DNA from: a bacterium
Lineage (GTDB): Bacteria > Joyebacterota > Joyebacteria > Joyebacterales > Joyebacteraceae
DNA: 64,000 nt
Assembly: GCA_025782395.1 (NCBI GenBank)
Contig: JALGZD010000219.1
Coordinates: 205,560-269,559 of the forward strand
Reading direction: 5' to 3'
The position numbers were made by a program, and so were the translations under genes. Shown in pieces: positions 28,274 to 39,200 of the stretch. The first letter of the stretch is position 1; each line of letters opens with the position of its first letter. Under the pieces are notes generated by a model, which had not been told where the DNA came from, ran no database searches, and worked only from the letters and a program-made list of their open reading frames with translations.

Positions 28274-31200
28274 TGAATAGCAAAGCAACCACAGACGCGC
28301 GCGCTCGACGCCTCGCCTCCGGACTCGACGGAGGTCTCGCCCACACCTATCTCATCGAGGCCGGCGCCGGAACCGGCAAAACGAGCGTTCTCGTGGACCG
28401 ATTTCTTGCACTCGTTCGGACCGGTGTCAGAATCACCAGGATCGTCGCGATCACGTTCACAGAGAAAGCGGCCGGAGAGCTACGCATCAGGCTGCGCTCC
28501 GGGCTGGAAGAGGCGCTCGTGGCTGGATGCGACGAGTCGGAAGCTGGCGCCACGAGGTCCCGGCACGCGGAGGGCGATGAGAATGCCGGCGCACTCACCG
28601 CGGAAGAGCGAGAGCGGTTCCGGACCGCGCTCCACGAGATCGACCGCGCCCAGGTCTCGACCATCCACGGGTTCTGCACAGGCCTTCTGAAGGAACGTCC
28701 CGTTGAGGCGGCTGTGGACCCCAACTTCGGCGTCGCCGATGCTCTCAGACAGACAGTGCTACTGAATGAGGCATGGGAGGAATGGCTCCAGAAGGAACTG
28801 ACCGGGAGACCGCCGGATTCTGTAGGCCAAAGCCAGGCGCTCGGCCTGACGCTCTCCGGCATCAGAGATCTGGCGTTCATGCTCATTGAGAACAGAGACG
28901 TCATTGAGCTCGTGCCTGATCCAGTCACACCTCCGGACACAGGCGCCTTCCTCAGTGAACTGGCGACTACGGCTCGGGCGTTTCTCAATCTCTCGGAACG
29001 ACACTGCAAAGACCCGGACGACAAGGGTGCAGTCGCGATCCGCGCGTTCGCCCGGCAGGTCGATGAGCTCGGAATGCTGCCGGAGGAAGCAAGGGCTGTA
29101 CACGCTCTCAAGCACGTGAAGCTCTTCCCGAAAAGTGGCAAGGGAAGGAAGGACAACTGGGAAGATGACGTTCTTGCCACCCTTCGAGCGCGCTCGGCCG
29201 ACCTCGCAGAGAAGCGGGACGAGCTGCAAGAGGACATCTCTCACAACACCGCCGTCGAACTACTCGACTGGCTTGCGGGATTCATTGCCGCCTACGAGGC
29301 GAAGAAGAGAAGCTCCGGCGTCCTCGACTTCCAGGATCTTCTGACAAGAGCCCGCGATCTCATCAGAGACAACACCGAGGTCCGTAGTCATTTCAAGGAA
29401 GCGTTCGACAGAATCCTCGTGGATGAGTTTCAGGACACCGACCCGCTCCAGTGTGAGATCGCCTTCTTTCTCGCGGAGAAGAAGGGAACTCCCGCGCGTG
29501 ACTGGAGGAAAATCGAACTCGAGCCTGGGAAACTCTTCATAGTCGGCGACCCAAAGCAGTCGATCTATCGCTTCCGCCGAGCCGACATCGAGACGTACGA
29601 ACAGGCCAAGGAGATCGTGAGAGCTGCCGGCGAGGTTCTCGAGCTCGCGGAGAACTTCCGAACGCGACCGGCCATCATCGAGGGCGTCAACACCGTCTTC
29701 TCGGACATCATGAAGCCGCCCGACGATGGGCGCCGCTATCAGCCGGACTACGCTCCTCTTGTCCCGCACCGCCCGCCCGACACGGCAGGCGCAGGCGTTG
29801 TTGTACTCGGACCTGCCTCACCAGACGGCGAGAAACCGCTCGCGGACGAAATACGCGCTCTGGAAGCTGCGGCTGTGGCAGCATTCATCGAGCAGCTGCC
29901 TGCGAGCGGCGAGCTCGTCTATAGCAGGGACACTGAACAATGGCGCGCCCCCGAACTCAGGGACATTGCCATTCTCTTCAGGACCATGACCGCCCTCGAT
30001 GCATACGAGGATGCACTCAGTAACTACGGGATCGAGTACCGCATCCTCGGTGGGAAGAAGTTCTACATACGCCGCGAGGTTCAGGAACTGGCCACGGTGC
30101 TGACGGCTATCGAGGACCCGCACAATGCCGCGGCCATTGTCGGCGCTCTCAGAACTCCGTTCTTCGGAGTCTCCGACGATGCAATCGTCCTGCAGAAGTG
30201 GCAGACCGGGGCGTTGAGCTACCTCTCGCCTTCCGCGGACGGAGTCGCCGAGGTCGAGGAGGCCTTCGCGCTCTTGAGAGAACTGAATGCCGTCAGGAAC
30301 GCCGACGGCATCGTGCGTGTGATACTGAGGCTCTTTGATCAGACGTCGGCGCTCGAGCTGTTCCTCCTGAAGCCGTCGGGGGAGCAACGCCACGCGAACC
30401 TGCTCAAGGTCGTAGAACTGGCGACGTCGATGGAACGAGATGAGCTCATGTCGTTCGGCGGGTTCGTGAGGTGGCTTCGCGACATCTCGCAGCTCACACC
30501 CGAGGAGGCAGAGTCCCCCCTCTCTGAGGAGGGCGACAACTTCGTGCGTCTTCTGACGGTTCACAAGGCCAAGGGACTCGAGTTCCCGATCACGGTGCTG
30601 GCGGATCTCGGGCGATTCAAGGACAGGAGCGAAAAGGTCGTCATTGACCGCGGGACGGGGTGCATCGATCTTGGTATCGGAAGGAAGGATGACAAGTTCT
30701 GCACGAGAGGGTTTGCGGCTGCATCGAAGCTCGAGAAGCTCCGGCGTGAGGCTGAGCTCATACGGCTTCTCTACGTTGGAGCCACGCGGGCGCGCGATCT
30801 CCTGGTCGTTCCCTGGTTCACGAAGGAGGGGGACGACTCCGGCCTCCTGACGAAGCTCTCAGCTCTGAGAGAGATGGCCGGCGCGCCGGTTGGAGCCATA
30901 TCCGCCATCGCCGGTGACCCTGCCGTCGTAAGCTACGATATCGCTGAACTCGATCTCACGCGTGTGAGGCGCTCTGAAGTCCGGCTTGACCTTGACGCCG
31001 CAAAGGGCATCAACTACGAAAAGACCGAGGCGTTTCTGGAAAAGGAGCGCTGGCGGGATTGGCTTGCAGGCTACGCCGGGAAGCACCATTTCCCGCTTCG
31101 CACAGTCACACCGTCTTCGCTCGAGTACGTCAGTGGCGCCGCGCTCCTGCCCGTCGCTCCGGCACTCGCAGACACCCCAGACAGGTTCTCAGGGCGGGCG

Positions 31201-31731
31201 TTCGGCACATTGGTGCACCGTGTCCTCGAGCGGATCGATCTCCGAAGCCCGGTTGACGTGGCAGTGGAGGCTCGCGCTCTTGCAATGATGGAAGGGATCG
31301 ACAAGGACGAGGCAGAAGCTGCCGCGGCTCTCGTCGAACACGCGATGGGATCGGATGTGATGATCCGCGCCGGGAACGCCGATCTCGTCCTGAAGGAGGT
31401 GCCGCTCTGCCTCCCCCACGGTGACGGGTTCCTGGAAGGCTCGCTCGATCTAGTCTTCGAGGAAGACGGAGAGCTCATCGTCGTCGACTACAAGACCAAC
31501 CTCCTCGGCCCCGGCGGGCTCGACGCGCTTGAGAAGCACTATATGCCTCAGGCTCTCACCTATGGGCTCGCTCTCACGAAGATCCTCCGCAGGCCCGTCA
31601 AGGAAGTCATTCTGCTGTTCGTGCGAGGCGGCGAGAATGGCGAACCGGCGGAGCGATCGATCCCCATGGGAATCGACGCGATCTCCGCCGCCCGCAAGCT
31701 CGATACCAGACTGGGGAAGCTCCTTCCCTAG
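28270..31731 (+). CDS. addA: AddA-type ATP-dependent helicase/nuclease subunit A (UvrD-family helicase plus C-terminal RecB nuclease).
   Basis: Walker A AGAGTGKT, UvrD motifs (ITFTEKAAGELRIRL, TIHGFC, LVDEFQDTD) and C-terminal nuclease motif DLVFEEDGELIVVDYKT. Confidence 0.8.
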   Translation: MMNSKATTDARARRLASGLDGGLAHTYLIEAGAGTGKTSVLVDRFLALVRTGVRITRIVAITFTEKAAGELRIRLRSGLEEALVAGCDESEAGATRSRHAEGDENAGALTAEERERFRTALHEIDRAQVSTIHGFCTGLLKERPVEAAVDPNFGVADALRQTVLLNEAWEEWLQKELTGRPPDSVGQSQALGLTLSGIRDLAFMLIENRDVIELVPDPVTPPDTGAFLSELATTARAFLNLSERHCKDPDDKGAVAIRAFARQVDELGMLPEEARAVHALKHVKLFPKSGKGRKDNWEDDVLATLRARSADLAEKRDELQEDISHNTAVELLDWLAGFIAAYEAKKRSSGVLDFQDLLTRARDLIRDNTEVRSHFKEAFDRILVDEFQDTDPLQCEIAFFLAEKKGTPARDWRKIELEPGKLFIVGDPKQSIYRFRRADIETYEQAKEIVRAAGEVLELAENFRTRPAIIEGVNTVFSDIMKPPDDGRRYQPDYAPLVPHRPPDTAGAGVVVLGPASPDGEKPLADEIRALEAAAVAAFIEQLPASGELVYSRDTEQWRAPELRDIAILFRTMTALDAYEDALSNYGIEYRILGGKKFYIRREVQELATVLTAIEDPHNAAAIVGALRTPFFGVSDDAIVLQKWQTGALSYLSPSADGVAEVEEAFALLRELNAVRNADGIVRVILRLFDQTSALELFLLKPSGEQRHANLLKVVELATSMERDELMSFGGFVRWLRDISQLTPEEAESPLSEEGDNFVRLLTVHKAKGLEFPITVLADLGRFKDRSEKVVIDRGTGCIDLGIGRKDDKFCTRGFAAASKLEKLRREAELIRLLYVGATRARDLLVVPWFTKEGDDSGLLTKLSALREMAGAPVGAISAIAGDPAVVSYDIAELDLTRVRRSEVRLDLDAAKGINYEKTEAFLEKERWRDWLAGYAGKHHFPLRTVTPSSLEYVSGAALLPVAPALADTPDRFSGRAFGTLVHRVLERIDLRSPVDVAVEARALAMMEGIDKDEAEAAAALVEHAMGSDVMIRAGNADLVLKEVPLCLPHGDGFLEGSLDLVFEEDGELIVVDYKTNLLGPGGLDALEKHYMPQALTYGLALTKILRRPVKEVILLFVRGGENGEPAERSIPMGIDAISAARKLDTRLGKLLP

Positions 31732-31777
31732 GTGGCACGTCCCAGGAAAGCAGCAGCGCCCTCGCGCTGAAGCACAC

Positions 31778-34606
31778 CTACTTCAAAAGCAGCATCCTCT
31801 TCACCAGCACACCGTCACCCGTCTCGAGCCTGTAGAAGTAGACTCCGGAGGCGACGCGCTCACCGTCGTCAGCGCATCCATCCCAAGGTGTGGTGTGGCG
31901 TCCCGCCGACTTCATCGCCGCCCGCTCAAGCGTCCGGACGACTCGACCGCTGAGATCGTGCACGATAAGTGTCACATTCATCGGGTCGGGAAGCTCGTAC
32001 TGGATGAGTGTCACGGGATTGAACGGGTTCGGGTAGTTCCCGCGAAGTACCGTCTCTCGCGGCAACACGCCATCATCCGGCATCCCCGTCCACGTGCCTT
32101 CGATCACGTGGAGCATCTGGTCGACGGCCACGCCGACGGCCCGCTCCGTGATGCCTGATGGCCACAGGATCTCGAGCGTGTCGACGGTTGCCGTCGCCCC
32201 GAGGCCGAATTCAACTGGAAGCGAGCTCTGACTCATGTAGCCTGAACCGCCGGAGACCTCACGGATCTGTGAGATCCCTCCCGCGACCACCCTCACGCGC
32301 GCGCCTATCGCCGATGCGTTCGAGATGGTCCCTGTCAGCTCCACGTGCAGCCAATGATTGAAACCACCCGTGCTGTTCTCAAGCAACCTGTTCGCGGACC
32401 CATTCACAATGTGGAGGTCGTCGGTCCCGTCCCCGTTGAAGTCGCCGAACGCGAGACCCCACGTCGTGCGGCTGCAGCTCGCCGGCTTGATCGATGCATC
32501 GAAGAAGCTCCATTCTGGAGCACCCTCATTGCGGTACAGAATATTGGTCTCCCCGTAGCGCCCGACGTACAGATCCAGATCTCCGTCGTTGTCCCAGTCC
32601 GCCCACGCCACGCCGGTCCCGAGCCCTACGCTCCCGAGCGGCGTCGCAGTGGCGTCCACGAAAACGCCGTCGTCGTTGCGGAACAAGCGATCCGCGCTGT
32701 GCAGGTTCGCGATGAAGAGATCGAGATCTCCATCGTTGTCGTAGTCTCCCCAGGCGCACCCGATGGTGCTACCGCCGTCGTTGAGGGGCGCCACCGTCAC
32801 GTCCACGAAAACGCCGTCATCATTGCGGAACAGCCTGTTGGCACTTCCTCTATTGGCGACGTAGAGATCCGGATCGCCGTCGTTGTCGTAGTCCCCCCAG
32901 GCGGCTCCCTGCGAGTAGGCTGAAACGGCTGAAATCGCCCCGCCGACGGTCGTGAACCCCCACGATGGAGGACCTTCGTTTCTGAGAAGAACATTGACCC
33001 CGTTGTTTGCAAGAAAGAGGTCGACGTACCCGTCGAGATCGTAATCCGCCCACGCTACCGTCCAGCAGTCGCCGGCATCGGCGAGTGCGTCTATCGACGC
33101 GTCAATGAAAACGCCGCCTCCTTCATTCCTGAAGAGCTTGTTCGTCCCGTAGGAGGTCCCCACATAGAGATCCAGGTCCCCATCGTTGTCGTAGTCGGCC
33201 CAGGCGACACCGGTGTTGTACCCGGTATCACCAAGTGGAGGGGTTGTCGCATCAACAAAAACCCCGCCATCATTTCGATAGAGACTGCTCGCGGACTCGG
33301 TATCGGACACATAGAGATCGAGATCTCCGTCACCGTCGTAGTCGCCCCAGGCAACTCCTCCGTCCCTTGTGTTGGTTTCGAGAACCGGGTTCATAACCCG
33401 GATCCACGGCGCCTCTTCGCGTGAGATGACGGGGACTACCGTCACGGTCTCGTCACCCTGGAAGCGCATGCAGTTGTTGCTGCCGGCGCAGACCGGCCAG
33501 TCGGCGTTCGCCTGCTCGTAAGCGGCGCACACGGTCCAACCTTGGTCCATGTAGCTGAACAGAGAGGTCTGCCAATTGAGGGAGTAGCTCCAGCACGTGG
33601 CGCACTGCGGTTCCGACATGCCACAGTACCCGACGACGGAGGCGCCTTCTGAAGCGCCCTTGCGGAATTCGTTCGCGAAGGTGCCGTCTCCGACCGAGCA
33701 CATCCCGGCGCAGCTTCCGATGAACGCGAACGGCATCCGGCCATAGTTCTCGATCCACGCTTCAATGTTGTTCGCTGTCGTGTAGTGGATCGACACACCT
33801 CCATCACATCCACTTCCGAAGTAGTCGCTGCCACCGTGTGCAAGTTCATAGAAGAGCGTGACATCGTTGTCCTGGACGTGGCTTCTGACTTCAGCCTCCG
33901 TCGGCCAGATGATCTCCTCTGTGGGGTAGCCCATAGCCTCGAACCAGATCCTGGCGTTGCCTGACCAACTATCCCAGGCCCCGCTGCACGGCCCCTCTTC
34001 CCAAGGCCCTGTCAGCGAAAAACCGGTGGACGGTGGCGGTATCCCCGGACCTACGATGGCGCCTGTGATCGCATCGACCACCGACACCGTGCGGACGCCG
34101 CGGACGCTCACGCTGTGAACGACCCAGCAGGGGTTGGTGGGTGTCGGGTCGAGCGGGAAGACGTCCGATTCCGGAGAGATGACGAAGAGGTCGGTGAAGA
34201 GGATCTCACCCTCGATTACGGCCTCCGCATCGAGATCGGAAAGAGAGAGAGCCGGGAGCCTCGAGGGGAGATCATCGCGCCAGTGGCTCTTGCGGGCCAG
34301 AAGCTCCCCAGTGTGGCGGTCGAATTGGTAGACCACGTAGTCCTTCTCGACGATGGCGCCGTCGAGCATCCGCTGGTGAAAAAGAACAGCCAGATCTTCG
34401 CTGATGGCGATCCCATCGAAATGCCGGCCACCATCCCCGAACCGCTCCAGCAGGGACACCTGTGAAGCAACCGTCCATGGTTCGGCTCCCGTGCACGCCG
34501 GCCCAAGAGCCAGGACCGCCACAACAACAAGAGTGAAGACCAAAAGCGGCGATGTCGCCCGCTGGGGGAACCGATGACCGTCTGATCTCATTTGAGCGTT
34601 CTCCAT
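31778..34606 (-). CDS. Secreted multidomain protein: clan-CD (C25/gingipain-like) peptidase domain plus FG-GAP/VCBS repeats plus ASPIC/UnbV-like domain plus T9SS CTD.
   Basis: His/Cys dyad context (ELAHGGSDYF ... MPFAFIGSCAG) aligns to the gingipain NYTGHGSETAW ... FDVACVNGDF. At least six DYD.DGDLDLYV FG-GAP repeats; ASPIC-like region (IGARVRV...GSGY.SQ). C-terminal YPNPFNPVT...GVYFYRLE...RMLLLK. Confidence 0.6.
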   Translation of the reverse strand: MENAQMRSDGHRFPQRATSPLLVFTLVVVAVLALGPACTGAEPWTVASQVSLLERFGDGGRHFDGIAISEDLAVLFHQRMLDGAIVEKDYVVYQFDRHTGELLARKSHWRDDLPSRLPALSLSDLDAEAVIEGEILFTDLFVISPESDVFPLDPTPTNPCWVVHSVSVRGVRTVSVVDAITGAIVGPGIPPPSTGFSLTGPWEEGPCSGAWDSWSGNARIWFEAMGYPTEEIIWPTEAEVRSHVQDNDVTLFYELAHGGSDYFGSGCDGGVSIHYTTANNIEAWIENYGRMPFAFIGSCAGMCSVGDGTFANEFRKGASEGASVVGYCGMSEPQCATCWSYSLNWQTSLFSYMDQGWTVCAAYEQANADWPVCAGSNNCMRFQGDETVTVVPVISREEAPWIRVMNPVLETNTRDGGVAWGDYDGDGDLDLYVSDTESASSLYRNDGGVFVDATTPPLGDTGYNTGVAWADYDNDGDLDLYVGTSYGTNKLFRNEGGGVFIDASIDALADAGDCWTVAWADYDLDGYVDLFLANNGVNVLLRNEGPPSWGFTTVGGAISAVSAYSQGAAWGDYDNDGDPDLYVANRGSANRLFRNDDGVFVDVTVAPLNDGGSTIGCAWGDYDNDGDLDLFIANLHSADRLFRNDDGVFVDATATPLGSVGLGTGVAWADWDNDGDLDLYVGRYGETNILYRNEGAPEWSFFDASIKPASCSRTTWGLAFGDFNGDGTDDLHIVNGSANRLLENSTGGFNHWLHVELTGTISNASAIGARVRVVAGGISQIREVSGGSGYMSQSSLPVEFGLGATATVDTLEILWPSGITERAVGVAVDQMLHVIEGTWTGMPDDGVLPRETVLRGNYPNPFNPVTLIQYELPDPMNVTLIVHDLSGRVVRTLERAAMKSAGRHTTPWDGCADDGERVASGVYFYRLETGDGVLVKRMLLLK

Positions 34607-34614
34607 CAGGTGTT

Positions 34615-36210
34615 CTATTGTATGAACACGACCTTCTGCTGGTCTGTCCCCGTCTCTGTCACAAGCCTCGCGAAGTAGACGCCCGAAGACACGGACTCGC
34701 CGGCGAGATCTCTCCCCTTCCAGATGATCTCACCCTCACCCGTCGAGCTTGCGGTCGCGCTCATCCGGTCGATCAGCCGTCCCGAAACGGAGTAGATCTC
34801 TACAGTGATCGCACCTGAGACCGGAGCGATGAAGCTGATCGTCGTGCTTCCGCAGAACGGGTTGGGTGAGACCGAGCGGATCCCCGCCACGCGCGTTTCG
34901 GCATCGGGAATGCCGGTCCCGGTTGGCCAGAGTACCGCATCGAGTTCGGTCAGTCCGCGCGCACCGACCACGACATCGTAGAAGGTCTGCGTGTCATACC
35001 CGGCAGAGGAGAACTCAACCGTGTATGTTCCCTCAACCAGCATTCGCCAGTAGCGACCGTAGGTTGCACCGGTCAGTCTCGGCATGATCTCATCAGACGA
35101 GTTCTCAATGACCTCGACCTCGGCCACGAGCGGATCCCCGGTCGTGCCGTCGGTCACATGACCCGTGAGGCCCGGTCCGTAGACACGATCGAGCAGATAG
35201 TACGAGCCCAGCGACACTCTCTCACAGTACTCATCAACATCGGCCCCGGGCGGGATGCACATCTGGCTCATGATCTCCATCGTCAGGCCGATCGTGCCCA
35301 GCACTCCGTACTGCCAGTTCCGGGCCTTGCCGGCCGTCGCGTATCCATAGATGGCGGTGTAAGAGGTGTCGTCCAGCTTCGTTGTCTTTCCCGCCAGACC
35401 AAGCGCGATGCTGTAAACGACGTCGTAGTCAGGACAGAACCCGATCGTCGGCCAGTACCACGGGTAGTAGATGCAGTCCCCCATCGAGATCAGCGGGCTG
35501 TGATAGTTGAGCGCGAAGACAGGCTTCTCGGCTATGCACAGATCCCGCACGACCTGAGACTCGTTCTCGGAGAAGGGAGCAGTTCCTCGATAGTAGGGCG
35601 ACGTCCACTCTCCCGACCCGCCTTCGGCCCAATTGAAGTCGTAGTTGTAGTTTGGATCGACTCCGTCCAGGTCCAGTTCGAAGGTACCGTTCCCATTGTT
35701 GTCGTGGATGTTCTTTCGGTACGTCGTGTCCAGCCCCGATGTGACCACCCAGTGCCCATCCGGATTCAGGAGTGGAATGAACCAGATCTCGATGTCATCG
35801 ACCCACTGCGTGATCGAATCGACCACGCCGTAGTTGCTCGTGAGTTCATCGATCATCCACATGCAGACCTCAAGCCCCACCACTTCCTCTGCATGGTGCA
35901 GCCCATCGTAGAGCACGACAGGCTCATCCTCATCGATGTCCACATTATCGGAGATCTTGAGCCCCCAGATGGCCTGACCGTCCGTGGTGGAGTAGCCGAG
36001 TGTCTCGAGCCTTGTGATCTCCGGATAGGCCGCTGCCACTGCTGCAAGCTCAGCGCCTACCTCAGCATGGGTGTGGTAGCGCTCGTGCAACGCGAAAGCG
36101 TCTTGAGCGACACCGGCGACAACAAGGCACAGAACGGCCGAGATGACCAACGCCCTCCGCGCCACGATCGAACGGGTCTTGATGCCCGCTATCGTACTAT
36201 ACCGGTTCAT
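34615..36210 (-). CDS. M14-family zinc carboxypeptidase with a T9SS CTD.
   Basis: YHTHAEV...HHAEE (HxxE zinc ligands), N.DGH, carboxypeptidase-A-like fold motifs, followed by a Pro-rich/Ig-like domain and SPNPFCGST...GVYFARL...KVVFIQ. Confidence 0.7.
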   Translation of the reverse strand: MNRYSTIAGIKTRSIVARRALVISAVLCLVVAGVAQDAFALHERYHTHAEVGAELAAVAAAYPEITRLETLGYSTTDGQAIWGLKISDNVDIDEDEPVVLYDGLHHAEEVVGLEVCMWMIDELTSNYGVVDSITQWVDDIEIWFIPLLNPDGHWVVTSGLDTTYRKNIHDNNGNGTFELDLDGVDPNYNYDFNWAEGGSGEWTSPYYRGTAPFSENESQVVRDLCIAEKPVFALNYHSPLISMGDCIYYPWYWPTIGFCPDYDVVYSIALGLAGKTTKLDDTSYTAIYGYATAGKARNWQYGVLGTIGLTMEIMSQMCIPPGADVDEYCERVSLGSYYLLDRVYGPGLTGHVTDGTTGDPLVAEVEVIENSSDEIMPRLTGATYGRYWRMLVEGTYTVEFSSAGYDTQTFYDVVVGARGLTELDAVLWPTGTGIPDAETRVAGIRSVSPNPFCGSTTISFIAPVSGAITVEIYSVSGRLIDRMSATASSTGEGEIIWKGRDLAGESVSSGVYFARLVTETGTDQQKVVFIQ

Positions 36211-36230
36211 CCGTTCCTCCGTCGTCGGTG

Positions 36231-39200
36231 CTATTTGAGAAGCACCATCTTGGCTGAGCTCTCCTCGCCGAGCGCCGAGAACCTCGCGAAATAGACGCCG
36301 CTCGCAACCTTGTCGCCGGCCGAGTTCGTTCCATCCCACACGGTGTTGTGGTAACCGGCGTCGACCTCGCCCTCGAAAAGCATGCTCACAAGGCGCCCGG
36401 TCACGTCAAACACCTCAAGTTTGACGTTGGCCCTCTCGGGCACGCCGTAGTTTATCGTCGTGACGGGATTGAACGGGTTCGGCTGGTTGCCGGCCAGAAT
36501 CACAGCCCTCGGGACGATCGCTTCATCGGGAACGTCCGTAGAATCGTGTCCGTCCGGCAGGTCGGTTGTGAACTTGATGGCGCGCCCGCCCGCAAGCGTC
36601 GCTGCCGCGTCGTCGTATATGTTTGCATACGTGTAGAGTACGCCATCAGTCTGGGGATGGTTCTCAACCCCGACTGTGGCGTAGTTGGCGTTTGTGTCCG
36701 TGTTCGAGATCGTGTGGTACTGGAAGAGGATCTCACCATCACCGGTCTCCGTCGTGTAGACAGCCGGATCGAAGAGGATGATCTCGAAGGTCTCATTCGC
36801 GTACGGCTCGTACGCTGTCGGCACTCTGCTCCACTCGATGACGAACCTGCCGTCTCCCATGTTTCTATGCAGAACCTTGCCTCCTGCGGACGGATCCAGA
36901 TCATCCCAGAATCCGGCTATCATCGCGTCCGGTCCAGGAGCGCCAGGGATGAACCAGTTGCGGAATTCGTGATGGAACGGAGGAGTATCACCCATCCCGA
37001 TCCACCCGTTCGAGCAGACGCCTATCTCCGTGTAGTCATCGCCGTAGTAGGTGAATGTGAACGGGAGACCCACGGTCATCGTCTGGTCGTCGGCGATTCC
37101 CAGGTCAGTACCACTACCACCGTAACTTGGGTCGATCTCGACCCACGAGTACGTCGGGGCCTCATCGTACGCCGTGTCCGTGTCATCGTAGGCGTAGTAG
37201 CCGTAGTCATCCGGACCGATCGGGTCGTCGCTCGACGGGATTCCCACAGTCAACGGGAAGAGGATGAACTGCGAAAGGCCATTGTCTCCCGCCAGTTCGA
37301 GGATCATCGTGAACTCGTGTCCCACGGCCACGTCCGACTCGGCCTCCACCTGGAACGGATTCCCCGAATTCGAGGCCCGCTCGCCTGCCGCGACGGTCGC
37401 ATACGTTCCATCGCCGTCAAGAACAACCAGGCCAGACGTTGGCCCGACGAGGGTTCCCGTCACCGATGTCGCGTCCATCTCTCCACCGTTCGAAAGCGTC
37501 ACGACCAGTGTCGCGGTCTCGCCAGGGTCCAGAATGCCATCGCCACCGATCGCGAGCGAGTAGTACTCCAGACCAGGTGCGCCCACGACGATGCGGGCGA
37601 AGCTGACAGAGGTGGCCCGGCTCCCCTCGGTCACCGTGAATTCGAAGCCTATCTCCGTCCCGTTCGGACATCCGTCATCTACTGTGAAGACGAACGGATT
37701 TGAGCCGGATGCGACTGCGCCCGCGACCATCGTGCCGTAGCCGGCGGTCTGACCTGGCGTGATCGTTACCCATTCGCTGTTGGCTCTCGGCGGTCCGCTG
37801 TCGAAGCCTGCAGTCACGCCCGTCGCGGTCAGGAGACCGTAGTTCTTGAGGTCGACGTTGAGCTCGATCGTCTCACCGGGATTCACAACGCCGTCGCCAT
37901 TTCCGCTTGAGGCGCCCGAGCCATCGTCATCGATGCCCTGGCTGTTCCAGCCTACGAACTCATCTTCCTGGTCGACCGACACGTCACCCACGTAGGGCTT
38001 CATGTTGGTGGCCCAGACGGTGACATAGGCATCACCCTGTGTCGTCGCGCCAAGCGGCACGTCTACATTGTACCCGCCGCTGAGGGTCCGGATCTCGTAT
38101 ACCTCGTCGCCCTTCCAGATGATGACCTCGGCGCCGGGAACCGGACTGCCGTTCCCGTCCTCGACATGAACCGTGAGCATGTTCTGTCCGAACGGCACGC
38201 TTGCATCATGCGTGGCAACAATCGTCCCGGGCCGCTCAGTGCGGAGGACGAGTTCAGGATCGCCGATCAGATTGAAGACATTGAAGTAGAAGTCGACATT
38301 CTGCCCATCCTCGTCTGACGAGGCTGGGTCCACGTACTCGGGGAAGTTCAGATAGATCTCCATCTTGCCCCGCAAGAGAGACTGTCCGAAGTGCTCGATC
38401 CCCTCATTGAGGATGCCCTCGTAGATGCCTGTGTCTATGGCGTTGTTCCACTTGGTATGCGTCCAGAACTCGCTCGGCCCGATCATGGCCGGACCGCCCT
38501 TGAGAGCGAATGGGCTCCCGGCACGAATCCACGCCTCTCCGAAGCACGGGTCGGTCCCGCTGTCGAAGTTGCCCGTTCCACATACAATACTGGTCATGAC
38601 CGGCAGCATGCGGTTGTTCGAAAGCTGGTTGATGTGGTCCGTGTAGAACTGCGGGTAGTACCAGCCCGGCGCCCCACCCCAACCTCGGTAGTTCACAAAC
38701 GCAACTCCGGCGTTGATCGAATTCTGGATGTCCTCGGTCTGCGTTCTTGATCCGCTCTTTGCGTACGTCCAGAACACAGTGTCGACCTGGGTGTAGGCGT
38801 TCTCCATGAGCATCTCGCGCACGCGGAGCTTCGTCGTCCGGGGGGTAGTCGGTTGCGGGCTGCCACAGCAGTTCGCTGCAACCATAAGCGCATGTTCGTA
38901 CCAGTCGTCGGTCGGAGCATCGCAGTCGCGCTCGTAGACCTGAGGCTTCAGCGAAGCCACGACGGCGCCGGTCGGCGTGTCTACTGCCATCCTGCCGACC
39001 ATGACGTCGGGCAGGTAATCACTGCCCTCCAGCTCAGAGTACGGATGGTCCGTGACGTCGCCGGCGTGGAACCATGCGGGCATGTCTCCGTTGCTACCAC
39101 TGTCCCTATCGCCGATAAGACAGACGTAGTCCGGCGGATTGTCCCACGTGTCGTACGCGTTCTGGATGAAGTCCTTGATGTCCTGTGCCGAAGGACTCAC